Source: Candidatus Deferrimicrobiaceae bacterium (GTDB lineage: Bacteria > Desulfobacterota > Deferrimicrobia > Deferrimicrobiales > Deferrimicrobiaceae). From it: a stretch of DNA of 64,000 nucleotides. Made by a program: the position numbers and the translations under genes. How positions within the stretch are numbered: position 1 is the first letter of the stretch; each line of letters opens with the position of its first letter. This document shows positions 19,083-29,106 of this stretch, in pieces. The stretch is taken from NCBI GenBank assembly GCA_963792415.1, contig CAWBVY010000004.1, positions 384,001 to 448,000 on the forward strand, given 5' to 3'. A model generated the notes under the pieces. It was not told the origin of the DNA. It worked only from the letters and a program-made list of their open reading frames with translations, and searched no databases.

Positions 19083-21230
19083 TCAGAGAGGTGTCGTCCG
19101 GGCGCGCAACAGGCGCAACCCGTTGAAAATTACAAGCAACGTGGTCCCCATGTCGGCCAGGACCGCCATCCACAGGGTGGCGTACCCGGCCACCGCCATC
19201 GCGAGGAACACCCCTTTGATGGCAAGGGAGGCGGCAACGTTCTGCCGCACCAGGGATACCATGCGATGTCCGAGGGCGATGGCCGAGGGGATCCTGCGGA
19301 GATCCCCGGTCATGAGCGCCACGTCCGCCGTTTCCATCGCGGCCGGGGAGCCCGCCGCGGCGATCGCCACGCCGACGGTGGCCAGGGCCAGCGCCGGCGC
19401 GTCGTTCACCCCGTCCCCCACCATCGCCGTCGCCCCGTGCGCGGCGACGAGGCCCCGGATCCGCGCGAGCTTGTCCTCGGGCAGCAGGCCGTGCTCAACG
19501 AATTCGATGCCGGCCTCCGCTCCCGCTTTCCGGGCAGCCTCCGCGTTGTCCCCCGTGAGCAGGACGATGTGCGCCACGCCGAGATCCCGCAACGCCCGGA
19601 TCGCCTCCGGCGCCTCGGGACGAAGCCCGTCCGCCATCTCTATCGCCCCGGCGAGGACGTCCCGCGTTCCGACGATCGCGATGGACGGCGCCGCGCTCCC
19701 CCCGTGTTCGAGGAGCCGGTCGAGCGCGTCGCGGCCAAAGCCCATCGTCTCGAACATCCTCCGGTTCCCGACGCAGATCTTCCGCCCCTCCACCTCGGCG
19801 GCGACGCCTTGCCCTTCCACGGGCTCGAACGTCCGGGCGAGGGTCCCGCGCGCCGCTGTCGCCACGCCAAGCCGCGCCGCTTCGCGACGGATCGCCTCCG
19901 CGGCGGGGTGCGCCGAGCCCGCCTCGACCGCACCCGCCAGCCGGAGAACCTCCTCTTCCGTCCACCCGTCCGCCGCCCGGACCCGGGTCACCTGGAGCCT
20001 TCCCGGCGTGAGCGTCCCCGTCTTGTCGAACGCCACCGCGCGGATCCTCCCCAGCGCCTCGAGATGCCTTGCGCCCTTGACGAGGATCCCCTCCCGTGTC
20101 GCGCGCGTGAGGGCGGAGAGGGTGACCACGGGCGCGGCCAGGACGATGGCGCACGGGCAGGCGATCACGAGCATTACGAGCGCCCTGTACGCCCAGTCGA
20201 GCGCCGTGCCCATGCCCAGCAGGGGGGGGATTGCGGCCACGAGGATGGCCGCGCAAAGAACCGCCGGGGTGTACACGGCGGCGAACCGCTCCATGAAGGT
20301 CTGAACGGGCGCTTTTTCCGCCTGCGCCTCCTCCACCCGGCGCAGGATCCGGGCGTAGGTGGATTCGGACAGCGGACGCGTCGCCTCGGCGATCAGCAGG
20401 CCCCGGCCGTTCACCGTGCCGGCGAACAGCTCCTCCCCCTCCTTCTTCTCCACGGGGACCGACTCTCCGGTGAGCGCCGATTCGTTGAGGTCCGAGGTGC
20501 CCCGGCGGATCACCGCGTCGACGGGGACGCGCTCCCCGGGTCGAACGACCAGGGTGTCTCCGGGACGGACCTCCTCGGCGGGGACGATCCGTTCCTCGCC
20601 TCCCGGGCCGCCGACGCGGACGACGGCCCGTTCCGGGGAGGAAGCGAACAGATCGGCTGTGGCGCGGCGGGCGCGATCGAGGCTGCGCGCCTCCAGCGTG
20701 TTGGCGAGGGCGAAGAGGGTTACCACCACCGCCGCCTCCGCCCACTCCCCGAGGAAGGCCGCGCCGCCGATCGAGATCGTCATCAGGGCGTTCATCCCGA
20801 GGGATCGGTTCCGCACTTCCCGGAACCCCCGCATCGCCACCGGGGCGCCGCCGAGGAGGATCGCCGCGAGAAAGAAGAGGCGGACCAGGGATTCTCCGGG
20901 AAAGAGGGTCATCGATCCTGCGCCGAGAAGAAGGGCCGCGCCGGAAAGGAGGAAGGTGTTCCGGGGCGTCCTGTCCGACGGGGGGAGTTCCGCCCGGCGC
21001 AGCGCGTCGTCCAGCGGACGTCCCTCCATCCCGATCCGGCGCAGGGCGTCGAGGATCGGCTCCACCTCCCCCCGGTGACGCACCTCCACCTGCCGGGAGA
21101 AAAGACGGAACGTGAGCGACTCCACGACGGGGAGCCTGGAGAGGGCGGCGCGGATCTCTTTCTCCTCGTCGGGACAATCCATGGCGGGGATGTAGATCCA
21201 TGTGCGGGTTGGATCGCCGGGGGTTCGCAT
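19083..21230 (-). CDS. Heavy-metal P1B-type ATPase (ZntA/CadA-like)
   Basis: MDCPDEE HMA variant, TGES, CPC, DKTGT, HP, GDGVNDAP. Occupies the 3' end of the long 19083-24959 ORF. Confidence 0.9.
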   Translation of the reverse strand: MRTPGDPTRTWIYIPAMDCPDEEKEIRAALSRLPVVESLTFRLFSRQVEVRHRGEVEPILDALRRIGMEGRPLDDALRRAELPPSDRTPRNTFLLSGAALLLGAGSMTLFPGESLVRLFFLAAILLGGAPVAMRGFREVRNRSLGMNALMTISIGGAAFLGEWAEAAVVVTLFALANTLEARSLDRARRATADLFASSPERAVVRVGGPGGEERIVPAEEVRPGDTLVVRPGERVPVDAVIRRGTSDLNESALTGESVPVEKKEGEELFAGTVNGRGLLIAEATRPLSESTYARILRRVEEAQAEKAPVQTFMERFAAVYTPAVLCAAILVAAIPPLLGMGTALDWAYRALVMLVIACPCAIVLAAPVVTLSALTRATREGILVKGARHLEALGRIRAVAFDKTGTLTPGRLQVTRVRAADGWTEEEVLRLAGAVEAGSAHPAAEAIRREAARLGVATAARGTLARTFEPVEGQGVAAEVEGRKICVGNRRMFETMGFGRDALDRLLEHGGSAAPSIAIVGTRDVLAGAIEMADGLRPEAPEAIRALRDLGVAHIVLLTGDNAEAARKAGAEAGIEFVEHGLLPEDKLARIRGLVAAHGATAMVGDGVNDAPALALATVGVAIAAAGSPAAMETADVALMTGDLRRIPSAIALGHRMVSLVRQNVAASLAIKGVFLAMAVAGYATLWMAVLADMGTTLLVIFNGLRLLRARTTPL

Positions 21231-21253
21231 CGTCCTGAGGTCCGTCGCCGCCG

Positions 21254-22048
21254 TCAGCGGGCCGGTGCGCCCCCCGGTTTCTTCGCGACGAAGATCGCTT
21301 TCTCGTCCGAGTAGGAGACGATCCGGCCCCCTTCGGCGAGGATGCGGAACGTCTCCCGCGCGAGCGGAAAGGCGGAGAGGAAGATCGTCTCGACCTCCCA
21401 TTGCACCGCCTTGGGACGGCCCGTCCGTGCCACCCATTCGGGGAAGGAGTGTGTTTTCCAAAGGGAGGCGGCCTGCAGGAGAAGAAGTCCCGCCCTCCCG
21501 AGGAACTCGAGCCACTCCTCCACGCGGTAGCTGCGCACGTGCGACGGGTCGCGGACCTTCTCGATGCCGTTCAGGAAGGCGTCGAGGGACGGCTCGCCGG
21601 GTACCACGCTGTCGATGATGCCGATCCGCCCGCCGGGGCGCGTCACCCGGGCCATCTCGGACAGCGCGGACCGGACGTCGGGGAAATGGTGCGGCGCGAT
21701 GCGGCACGTCACCCGGTCGAAGGTGGCGTCCCGGAACGGGAGCGCCTCGGCGTCGGCGGCCGCGAAGACCACGTTCCCCGACCGGCGCTCCGCGGCCAGA
21801 AGCCGCGCCTCCCGGAGCATGGACGGGGTCAGGTCCGACGCCACCACCCGGCCGGAACGCTCGGCGAGCGCCGCCGCGGTGTGGCCGCCTCCCGTCGCCA
21901 CGTCGAGGACCCTGTGCGCCGGATCGAGGGCGAGGCCCGTGAAGAGAAGATCGAGGTCCTCCACGTCCGTGTGGTCCGCGCTGCACCGGTATTTCGACGC
22001 CACCCGACCGAACTGCGCGCGGGTGCGCTCCTTCTCGGACAAAGGCAT
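21254..22048 (-). CDS. Class I SAM-dependent methyltransferase
   Basis: VLDVATGGGH motif I, DAEALPF, CRIAPHHF, RDPSHVR. GGAGG RBS. Confidence 0.88.
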   Translation of the reverse strand: MPLSEKERTRAQFGRVASKYRCSADHTDVEDLDLLFTGLALDPAHRVLDVATGGGHTAAALAERSGRVVASDLTPSMLREARLLAAERRSGNVVFAAADAEALPFRDATFDRVTCRIAPHHFPDVRSALSEMARVTRPGGRIGIIDSVVPGEPSLDAFLNGIEKVRDPSHVRSYRVEEWLEFLGRAGLLLLQAASLWKTHSFPEWVARTGRPKAVQWEVETIFLSAFPLARETFRILAEGGRIVSYSDEKAIFVAKKPGGAPAR

Positions 22049-22124
22049 TCGCGGTTCCTCCGCTCCCATTCTCCCCTGCGGAGTCGGGGATGACAAGACC
22101 GGGCGCGGGGATACAATGGGGAGC

Positions 22125-25100
22125 ATGCAGGACCGGCTCCCCGCCATCTCGCGACTGTACGCCGGACCGTTCCCCGCGCTCGAGGAACGCCTGATCGGGC
22201 GGTATTTCGGCCGCGCAGGGCGCGACCCTTCGCTGGAGCACGTTCTTCTCGTGTCGTCCAACGAACTCCGGGAGCACCTGTTGAAGCGCCTGGCGTCGGA
22301 TCCCGCCGTTCCCTCCGTCTTCGCCGGCGCGTCCGTGATGACGCTGTACGATTTCGCCGTGCGCCTTCTGAAGCATCGCGGAAGCTTCCCGGTGGAACTT
22401 CCGCCTGCGAGGATGGCGGCGGCGATCTTCGCGGCGGTTCGCGAAACGTACGCATCGGGGGGCGGGGATTTCGGGGCGATCTCCGCGACGCCCGGCTTCA
22501 TCCCCGCCCTCGCCCGCACCCTTTCCGACCTCGAGGAAGGGTGCGTGGGGGACGCGGAGCTCGCGGTGGCCGAAAGGACGGCGAAGGATCGGGGGGCCCC
22601 CCGAAAGGCGGCGCGGTGGGCGGAGTGGCGGCGGCTCCGGGGAGCCGTGGGCAGGAAGATCCGGGCGATGGGGGGGGAGACGCGACGCCGGATCTTCCGG
22701 GATGCGGTGGCGGGATTCGAGCAGCCCGGCTACCCGTTCCGCGCGACCCTGTACGGATTCTACGACTTCACCCGGCTTCAGTGGATGCTGGTCGAAAGGC
22801 TCCTCTCTTCCGGCCTGCTGGACGATGTCTACTTCCCCGGTCTCTTCGACGGCGACGGGAATCTCCGTCCTTCGTTCCTGTACGCCGCCCGGGCGTGGGA
22901 TCGTCTGCGCGCCGCCTTCGAGGGAAACGTGGAGTACCTGAACGACGTCCCCGCCGCGGGGGTCGCGTCGGTGCGCGAGCGGATCTTCTCCCCCGCCCCG
23001 CCCGCGGAACCGGGGCCCGCGCCGTTCTCCGTCCTCTCCGCTCCCCACGCGGAAGGGGAGATTCGGCTCGCCGCCAGGCGGGTCCGGTCCTGGATTGACG
23101 CTTCCCCCGGGGCTTCCGTTTTTCTCGTCGCGAGGAGAGTGACCCCGGAAATGGCGGCCGACTGGGAACGGATCGCCGCGGAGTACGGCATCGACACGGC
23201 GGGGCGTCTCGATATCCCCCTCTCTTCCGTCCCCCTCGTGCGCCTCCTCCTGCGGATGATCTCGGTCGCGCGGGACGATTTCCCGCGTCGGGAAGTGATC
23301 GACGTCCTCTCGTCTCCGTATCGTCGTTTCGCCGGGGGGGAGAACGGCGCCGCCGCGCGGCCCGACCTGTGGGACCTCCTCTCGAAGGAGCTCCTGATCG
23401 TTTCCGGGCCCGATTGGGAAACGCGGCTGGCCCGGCCTCCGCGGAGCCGTCGCCCGGCGGAGGATGCCGATGCGGGGGAGGACGCTCGCGCGGCCCAGCT
23501 CGCCCGGCTCCGGTCCGAGGTGCGCGCCTTGAGGGCCTCCCTGCGGCCCCTGGCCGAGGCGCGGGGGTACGCCGCATTCGCACGGGCGGTCCGGACCCTT
23601 GTCTTGCGCGAGTTCCGGGTCGTACGGGACGACGCCCCGGAGTGGGAGCGCGACCGCCGGGCGGTGGAGGCGCTCTTCGCGATCCTGGACGACCTCGAGG
23701 CGATCCCCGACCGGGAGGCGCCGTGGCCGGGGATGCGGGAGGGGGCGGAGGGATTTTCGGCCCTCCTCTCCGCGCAGCGGCTCTTCGTCGGCGAGCGGGG
23801 AGGGATGCGCAGGCCCGGCGCGGTCGTCCTCGGGGATGCCGTCGTCCTCCGGGGCGTCACGGCGGACCGGGCGATCGTCCTGTCGGTGAACGAGGACGCG
23901 GTGCCGGCCCAGCTCGAGGAGGACCCGCTCCTGCCGGACGACGACCGGGAGGAGATCAACCGCGGGACGCGGCAGACGGACCTGCCGGACGCCTTGACGC
24001 TGCGGCGCCGCAACGCGGCGGAGGAGAAGCTCCTCTTCGCCCTTCCCGCCGCCGCCGTGCGGGAGGAGGTCGTTTTCTCGGTCCTGCGCGCCGACGCCGC
24101 GGGCGCGGCCCGGCGCCCCTCCCGGTACCTGCTCCACCTGCTGTCGCGCTTCGCCGGCCCCGCGGTCTTCTCCGAGGAGTGGGAAGCCGCCTCCGGCGCC
24201 GTCGTCGAACGCCTCCCCCGGTCTCCCTTCGACGCCCTCGGGGGCGAGGGGCCGCGCAGCGCGCGGGAGGCGGCCCTGCGCGCGTGGAGAGCCGGAGCGG
24301 AGCCGGAGGGCGCCGCGGCCTTCGTCCCGTGGGGCAAGGTGCGCGGGATTCTGGCCGCGTGGGCCGATCGGGCCGCCGGGGAGGGGATCTTCCCCGGCCC
24401 GGGTCTCTTCGTCCGCCTCCCGGCCTGGCACAGCGCCTCCGCGCTGGAGGAGCTGGCCCGGTGTCCGTACCGGTACTTCCTCCGGCGCGTCGTCCGCCTC
24501 GATCCGCCGGAGGAGCCCGAAGAGGCGCTCGCGCTCTCTCCCGCGGAGCTGGGGGAGATCGCCCACGACATCCTGCGCCGTCTTGGTCAGGACGCCGCGG
24601 CGGGAAAGGGGTGGAGGAACATCGAAGCCGCCGCGCGAAGGGAAGTGGAGCGCTTCGCCCGGGAGAACCCGACCGGTCTTCCCGGCCTCTTCCGGATCCG
24701 GTGCCGGGGCGTGGAGCGGGACGTGGCGCGCCTGGCGGCGTGGGAGCGGAGTCGGGAGGCCGGGCGCCCCGGGTGGCGGGTCGACCGGATCGAGGAGGCG
24801 TTCTCCCTCCCCGCCACCCCACTCCTCCCGGCGCTTCGCGGGCGGGTCGACCGGATCGATCGCGGTCCCGAGGGGGAAGCCCGGGTGATCGACTACAAGT
24901 ATCGCGACCCGGCCCGCGGGGAGATCCCCCCGGACTGGATCCGTCACGGTCTCTCCCATCAGGTCCCCGTCTATCTGTCGTTCGCGGCGTCTCTCTCACC
25001 GGAGCCGTCCGCCGTCTCGGCCGCCTTCTACTTCCTTCGCAACGGGTTCGGGGTCGAGGAGGCGCCGGGGTGGGACGATATCCGCGTCGAGTGGACCGCG

Positions 25101-25340
25101 TCCCTCGCCGGCTGGCTCTCCCTCGCCGCCGCGGGGGCGTTCCCGCCACTGCCGCACCACCGGTTCACCAGCGCGGGGCGGGCGTCTCCCCGGTATTGCG
25201 ATTCCTGCCCGTTCCGTGATCATTGCCGCGTCTCGCCCGTCTACGACGGCTCCGAGATCGACCCGGGCACGCTCGGGGCGCGGATCGCGCGGGAACCGGC
25301 GCTGCGCCCGGTGGCCGACCACCGGGCCGGGAAGGAGTGA
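22125..25340 (+). CDS. addB: AddB-like subunit (inactive helicase fold + PD-(D/E)XK nuclease with Fe-S cysteines)
   Basis: YGFYDFT, SASALEELARCPYRYF, RGRVDRID..DYK, CDSCPFRDHC; directly upstream of a UvrD-type helicase. Confidence 0.75.
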   Translation: MQDRLPAISRLYAGPFPALEERLIGRYFGRAGRDPSLEHVLLVSSNELREHLLKRLASDPAVPSVFAGASVMTLYDFAVRLLKHRGSFPVELPPARMAAAIFAAVRETYASGGGDFGAISATPGFIPALARTLSDLEEGCVGDAELAVAERTAKDRGAPRKAARWAEWRRLRGAVGRKIRAMGGETRRRIFRDAVAGFEQPGYPFRATLYGFYDFTRLQWMLVERLLSSGLLDDVYFPGLFDGDGNLRPSFLYAARAWDRLRAAFEGNVEYLNDVPAAGVASVRERIFSPAPPAEPGPAPFSVLSAPHAEGEIRLAARRVRSWIDASPGASVFLVARRVTPEMAADWERIAAEYGIDTAGRLDIPLSSVPLVRLLLRMISVARDDFPRREVIDVLSSPYRRFAGGENGAAARPDLWDLLSKELLIVSGPDWETRLARPPRSRRPAEDADAGEDARAAQLARLRSEVRALRASLRPLAEARGYAAFARAVRTLVLREFRVVRDDAPEWERDRRAVEALFAILDDLEAIPDREAPWPGMREGAEGFSALLSAQRLFVGERGGMRRPGAVVLGDAVVLRGVTADRAIVLSVNEDAVPAQLEEDPLLPDDDREEINRGTRQTDLPDALTLRRRNAAEEKLLFALPAAAVREEVVFSVLRADAAGAARRPSRYLLHLLSRFAGPAVFSEEWEAASGAVVERLPRSPFDALGGEGPRSAREAALRAWRAGAEPEGAAAFVPWGKVRGILAAWADRAAGEGIFPGPGLFVRLPAWHSASALEELARCPYRYFLRRVVRLDPPEEPEEALALSPAELGEIAHDILRRLGQDAAAGKGWRNIEAAARREVERFARENPTGLPGLFRIRCRGVERDVARLAAWERSREAGRPGWRVDRIEEAFSLPATPLLPALRGRVDRIDRGPEGEARVIDYKYRDPARGEIPPDWIRHGLSHQVPVYLSFAASLSPEPSAVSAAFYFLRNGFGVEEAPGWDDIRVEWTASLAGWLSLAAAGAFPPLPHHRFTSAGRASPRYCDSCPFRDHCRVSPVYDGSEIDPGTLGARIAREPALRPVADHRAGKE

Positions 25341-25343
25341 CCG

Positions 25344-28300
25344 GTGCGGGAGAACCGTGAAAAGGCGGCCAGCGAGTTCCGGCGCGACCTCGCCGTCGAC
25401 GCCTCCGCGGGGACGGGGAAAACGTCCACCCTCGTGGCGCGGGCGACCAACCTCTTCCTCGCCCTTCCGGACCTGTCCACCGACCACGTCCTCCTGCTGA
25501 CCTTCACCGACAAGGCGGCGGCGGAGATGAAGGCGCGGGTCACGGAAGGGTGGGAGCGGCTCTTCGCGGCGACGCAGGAAACCGGCGACATCGACGAGGT
25601 CGCGCTGCGCGCGGCGGCGTGGAACCCGCTCGCCCGCGTTCCAGGGGAACTCTACCCCGACTTCGCCGCGCTGCGCCGGCGGGTCGAGGAGATGGTCGAC
25701 GGGGTGGGCCGCCTCTCCGTGACGACGTTCCACTCGTTCTGCGCCCGCGTTCTCCGCTCCTTCCCGGCGGAGGCGGGGGTCGACCCTCTCTTCGAAGTGC
25801 TGCCGGAGACCGCCGCGGCCGACGCGTGGGACGCCGCGTTCCGGAAATTTCTGCAGGGCGAGTTCGGGGCGGAAGAGGTCCTCCCGGAGTGGGATCGGGT
25901 CCTTTCCCGTCTCCCCGACCCCTCGAAGGCGTGGTGGGTGATCCGCCGCCTTTGCCTCTTCCAGCGCGACCTGCTGCGCGGCCCGGCGCCCGATTTCGGG
26001 TCCCCCCGGGACTTCCTCGGCTTCCTCGTCAGGGAACACGGTCCCGATGTCGATTATTTCCGCTCCTTCGTCGCCGGGACCCTGGCTCCGGAGGACGACC
26101 CGGCGGCGGTCGCGTTCCGGGAGGCGCTCCGCGTCCTCGATTCCGCGTGGGAATCGGTCCTGGAGGGGGATCTCGCCTCCGCCGCGGCGGTCGCGGAGGA
26201 GGGGGCGATGGCCTTTGCCATGGACCTCCGCAAGGCGGCGAGCAAGAAAAAGTTCCCGCGCCCCGAGGGGCCGAAACTGTCCGAGGTGCGCGACGCGCTG
26301 CTCCGGTTCTGGAAACGGGTGGCCGAGGTGCCGGAGGGGGATGCGGCGGCGCGCTTCCTCGTGGCGCGCGCCGGGGCCGCTCTCGCATCGTTCGAGGCGG
26401 CGAAGGGGAGCGGGCTCGACTTCATGGACCTGCTGTTGCGGGCGAGCGATCTTCTCGCGGGGAACCCCGCGGTCGCGCGGCGGCTGGGGGAGCGGTTCCG
26501 GTACATCTTCGTGGACGAGTTCCAGGACACGGACCCTCTGCAGGCGGGGGTTCTCCGGGCGATCGCTGCCGACGCGGCTCCGGGGCGCCTCTTCGTCGTC
26601 GGGGATCCGAAGCAGTCGATCTACGGGTTCCGCCGCGCGGATATCCAGGTGTACAGGCAGTTCCGCGAGGGGATGGTCGACGCCGGGGGGGAGGACGTCC
26701 CGCTGGCCCGCAACTTCCGCAGCCGCCCCGACCTGCTCGCGACGCTCTCGGGCCTCTTCTCCCGCGTTCTCTCCGGCGGGGAGGACTTCTCCCCCGCCTA
26801 CGCGCACGTTGTGCCCAACCGGAACGACCCCGGCGAGGGGCATCCCGTTTCGCTCTATCGGCTCGACCCCGCCGTGGACGAGTCGGAGTTCCTCGCGGCG
26901 CTGGTCGGTCGGATCGCCGGATCGGTGAAGGTCCGGGATCGCGACGGCATCGAACGCCCCGCCTCGTTCCGGGACATCGCCGTCCTCTACCGCTCCGACG
27001 CCTCGGGCGAGGTGCTTTCGGGGTATCGCGCGGCGCTCGCGGCCGCGGGGATCCCCCATGTCGTCCCTTCGCGCAAGGGGTTCTTCCTGCGGCAGGAGAT
27101 CCAGGACGTGCGGATGGTTCTTTCCGCCATCGATGTCCCCGCGGACCGGTCGGCGCGCCACGCGGCGATGAAGACGATCTTCTTCGGACTGTCGGACGAG
27201 GAGATCCACCCGCTCTACGGGGAGGACCCGGCCGCGGTCCCTCCGCGCGTGCGCGAGGCCGTGGCGCTCCTTTCCCGCCTCTCCGCGCGGCGGGGGCGGG
27301 CGTCCCTTCCGGACCTTCTCGCGGCCTTGTACGGGGAGACGGGGGTCGATTTCGTCGCGGCGAGGATTCCCGAGGGGGAGCGGATCGTCCGGAATCTGTC
27401 GAAGGCCGCGGAGATGGCGAGGGCCTTCGAATGGGGCGGCGCCGGTTCCCTCAAGCTCTTTCTCGCGGAGATCCGCCGGAAGGCCGCCGAGGGGCGGGAG
27501 GAGGACGAAGTCCCCGACTTCGAGGAGGGGGAGGACGCCGTGCGCCTTTCCACGATCCACGGAGCGAAGGGGCTCGAGTTCCCGGTCGTGATCCTCGCGG
27601 GGATCTCCCGCGGCGGGCGGAAGGGGCCGGAGGGGCTTCGGGTGGACCGGGTCCGGGGTCTCTCCGCGGTGATCTTTCCCGGGTTCCGGACGTATTCGGC
27701 GTTCCGTCAGGTGCCGGGCGCGGGTCGCCCGGTGACGTTCGAGGAGTGGGAGAAGGAGAAGATGATGGCGGAGGAGCGCCGTCTTCTCTACGTCGCGGCC
27801 ACCCGCGCGAAGGACCGGCTCTACCTGGTGGACCGGGGGACGGGGCCCGGCTCGACCCTTCGGGACGCGCTGATGGAGGGAATCTCCGGGGCGACGGCAG
27901 AGGGGGAGGGCCGCTGCCTCGTCACGGGGCTTCCGGGGGAACGTCTTCGGCTCAGCGAGGGGCCGCCCGACGGGTCCGCGGGCGGGGAGCTGCTCCGGGT
28001 GTCGGTGACGTCGGTCCTGCGGGAGCCGGTCCCGCGTCCCCCCGCGCCTCTCGCCGTCCCGGCGATCGCCTGGGCGCGGGTCGGGGAGGAGGCGGAGCCG
28101 GTCCCGCCCGCGCCGGCACCCGAGCCGGTCTCCCTCGCCGAGCTGCACGGCCGCTTGCGCGGGAAACGGTTCGGGGAGAAGGTCCACCGCGTCTTCGAGG
28201 CGTACCCGCCGGTGACCGACCCGTGGCCGCCGCCGGGGGCGGCCCTTCCGGTGATCTGGGACGGGGAGGAGGAGCGCCGGTGGAACGCGATCGTCGTCGC

Positions 28301-28607
28301 GGTGCGCTCCTCCCCGCTGTTCCGGGAGCTTCGCTCCTCCCGCGTCGTCGGCACGGAGCTGGCGCTCCTCCGGGTCCGGGGCTTCACCGCGGACGAGGAA
28401 CGCGCCGACCTCGTCGTTCGGCTCCCTGGACCGGCGGGGGAGATGCGGGTCGTCGACTACAAGACCGGGGAGCGGGACCGGGCGCTCGAGAAGGCGTACT
28501 TTCTCCAGCTGCGCGAATACCGCGGCATACTCTCCGAGGCGTGGCGGGTCCCCGTGCGCGCCTTCCTCTGGTACGTGGAATCCGGCGCGTCGTTCGAGGT
28601 GGGCTGA
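25344..28607 (+). CDS. addA: AddA-like UvrD helicase-nuclease
   Basis: ASAGTGKT, TFTDKAA, VDEFQDTD, VGDPKQSIYGFR, TIHGAKGLEF, YVAATRAKD, C-terminal VDYKTG nuclease. Confidence 0.85.
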   Translation: MRENREKAASEFRRDLAVDASAGTGKTSTLVARATNLFLALPDLSTDHVLLLTFTDKAAAEMKARVTEGWERLFAATQETGDIDEVALRAAAWNPLARVPGELYPDFAALRRRVEEMVDGVGRLSVTTFHSFCARVLRSFPAEAGVDPLFEVLPETAAADAWDAAFRKFLQGEFGAEEVLPEWDRVLSRLPDPSKAWWVIRRLCLFQRDLLRGPAPDFGSPRDFLGFLVREHGPDVDYFRSFVAGTLAPEDDPAAVAFREALRVLDSAWESVLEGDLASAAAVAEEGAMAFAMDLRKAASKKKFPRPEGPKLSEVRDALLRFWKRVAEVPEGDAAARFLVARAGAALASFEAAKGSGLDFMDLLLRASDLLAGNPAVARRLGERFRYIFVDEFQDTDPLQAGVLRAIAADAAPGRLFVVGDPKQSIYGFRRADIQVYRQFREGMVDAGGEDVPLARNFRSRPDLLATLSGLFSRVLSGGEDFSPAYAHVVPNRNDPGEGHPVSLYRLDPAVDESEFLAALVGRIAGSVKVRDRDGIERPASFRDIAVLYRSDASGEVLSGYRAALAAAGIPHVVPSRKGFFLRQEIQDVRMVLSAIDVPADRSARHAAMKTIFFGLSDEEIHPLYGEDPAAVPPRVREAVALLSRLSARRGRASLPDLLAALYGETGVDFVAARIPEGERIVRNLSKAAEMARAFEWGGAGSLKLFLAEIRRKAAEGREEDEVPDFEEGEDAVRLSTIHGAKGLEFPVVILAGISRGGRKGPEGLRVDRVRGLSAVIFPGFRTYSAFRQVPGAGRPVTFEEWEKEKMMAEERRLLYVAATRAKDRLYLVDRGTGPGSTLRDALMEGISGATAEGEGRCLVTGLPGERLRLSEGPPDGSAGGELLRVSVTSVLREPVPRPPAPLAVPAIAWARVGEEAEPVPPAPAPEPVSLAELHGRLRGKRFGEKVHRVFEAYPPVTDPWPPPGAALPVIWDGEEERRWNAIVVAVRSSPLFRELRSSRVVGTELALLRVRGFTADEERADLVVRLPGPAGEMRVVDYKTGERDRALEKAYFLQLREYRGILSEAWRVPVRAFLWYVESGASFEVG

Positions 28608-28626
28608 AGGGGTTTGTCGGCCGGTC

Positions 28627-29106
28627 TCAGCGGACCCGCTTCAGGTAGATGAGCTTGTCGTCGCCCATCGCGTAGTAGTCGGGCAGCCGCGCGGCGAGGG
28701 TGCAGCCGACCTTGTCGTAGAATTGCCGCGTCGTGCCGTAGCTCTCCAGGGACGACGTCTCGATCACCAGGAGGTACCCCCCGCGTCGCCGGACCTCCTC
28801 CTCGACGAACGACAGGATGGACCGTCCGTACCCTTTTCCCATCCGGTCCGTGCGCGTCGCGATCCAGTACAGGTCGAAGGTCCCCGTCGTCATCGCGTTC
28901 TTCCCGAAGCAGGCGTAGGCGACCACGGTGCCGTCGTCCTCCACCAGGACGTACGGGTGGTAGTCGTCCTGCCCTTTCTGCGTCAACGCGACGTCCACCA
29001 GCTCCATGGCCACGTCCACCTCGAACGGCTTGAACGCGTTCGTTCCCGCGACCAGTTCCCGGATCGCCTCGCGGTCCCCCGCCTCGATCCCGCGGACGCG
29101 CGTCAC
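28627..29106 (-). CDS. GNAT N-acetyltransferase
   Basis: FDLYWIA...RMGKGYGR acetyl-CoA motif, LVIETSS, FYDKVG. GTGA overlap with the upstream gene. Confidence 0.85.
   Translation of the reverse strand: MTRVRGIEAGDREAIRELVAGTNAFKPFEVDVAMELVDVALTQKGQDDYHPYVLVEDDGTVVAYACFGKNAMTTGTFDLYWIATRTDRMGKGYGRSILSFVEEEVRRRGGYLLVIETSSLESYGTTRQFYDKVGCTLAARLPDYYAMGDDKLIYLKRVR

Noticed and set aside
19083-24959. 1958-aa ORF as a giant ATPase fusion
   Set aside because: Only the last ~715 aa have ATPase motifs. The rest is a stop-free GC-rich shadow overlapping the methyltransferase (other frame) and addB (opposite strand).
22125-28607. Novel helicase-nuclease defence system
   Set aside because: Gene order and motifs match the ordinary AddAB recombination complex.
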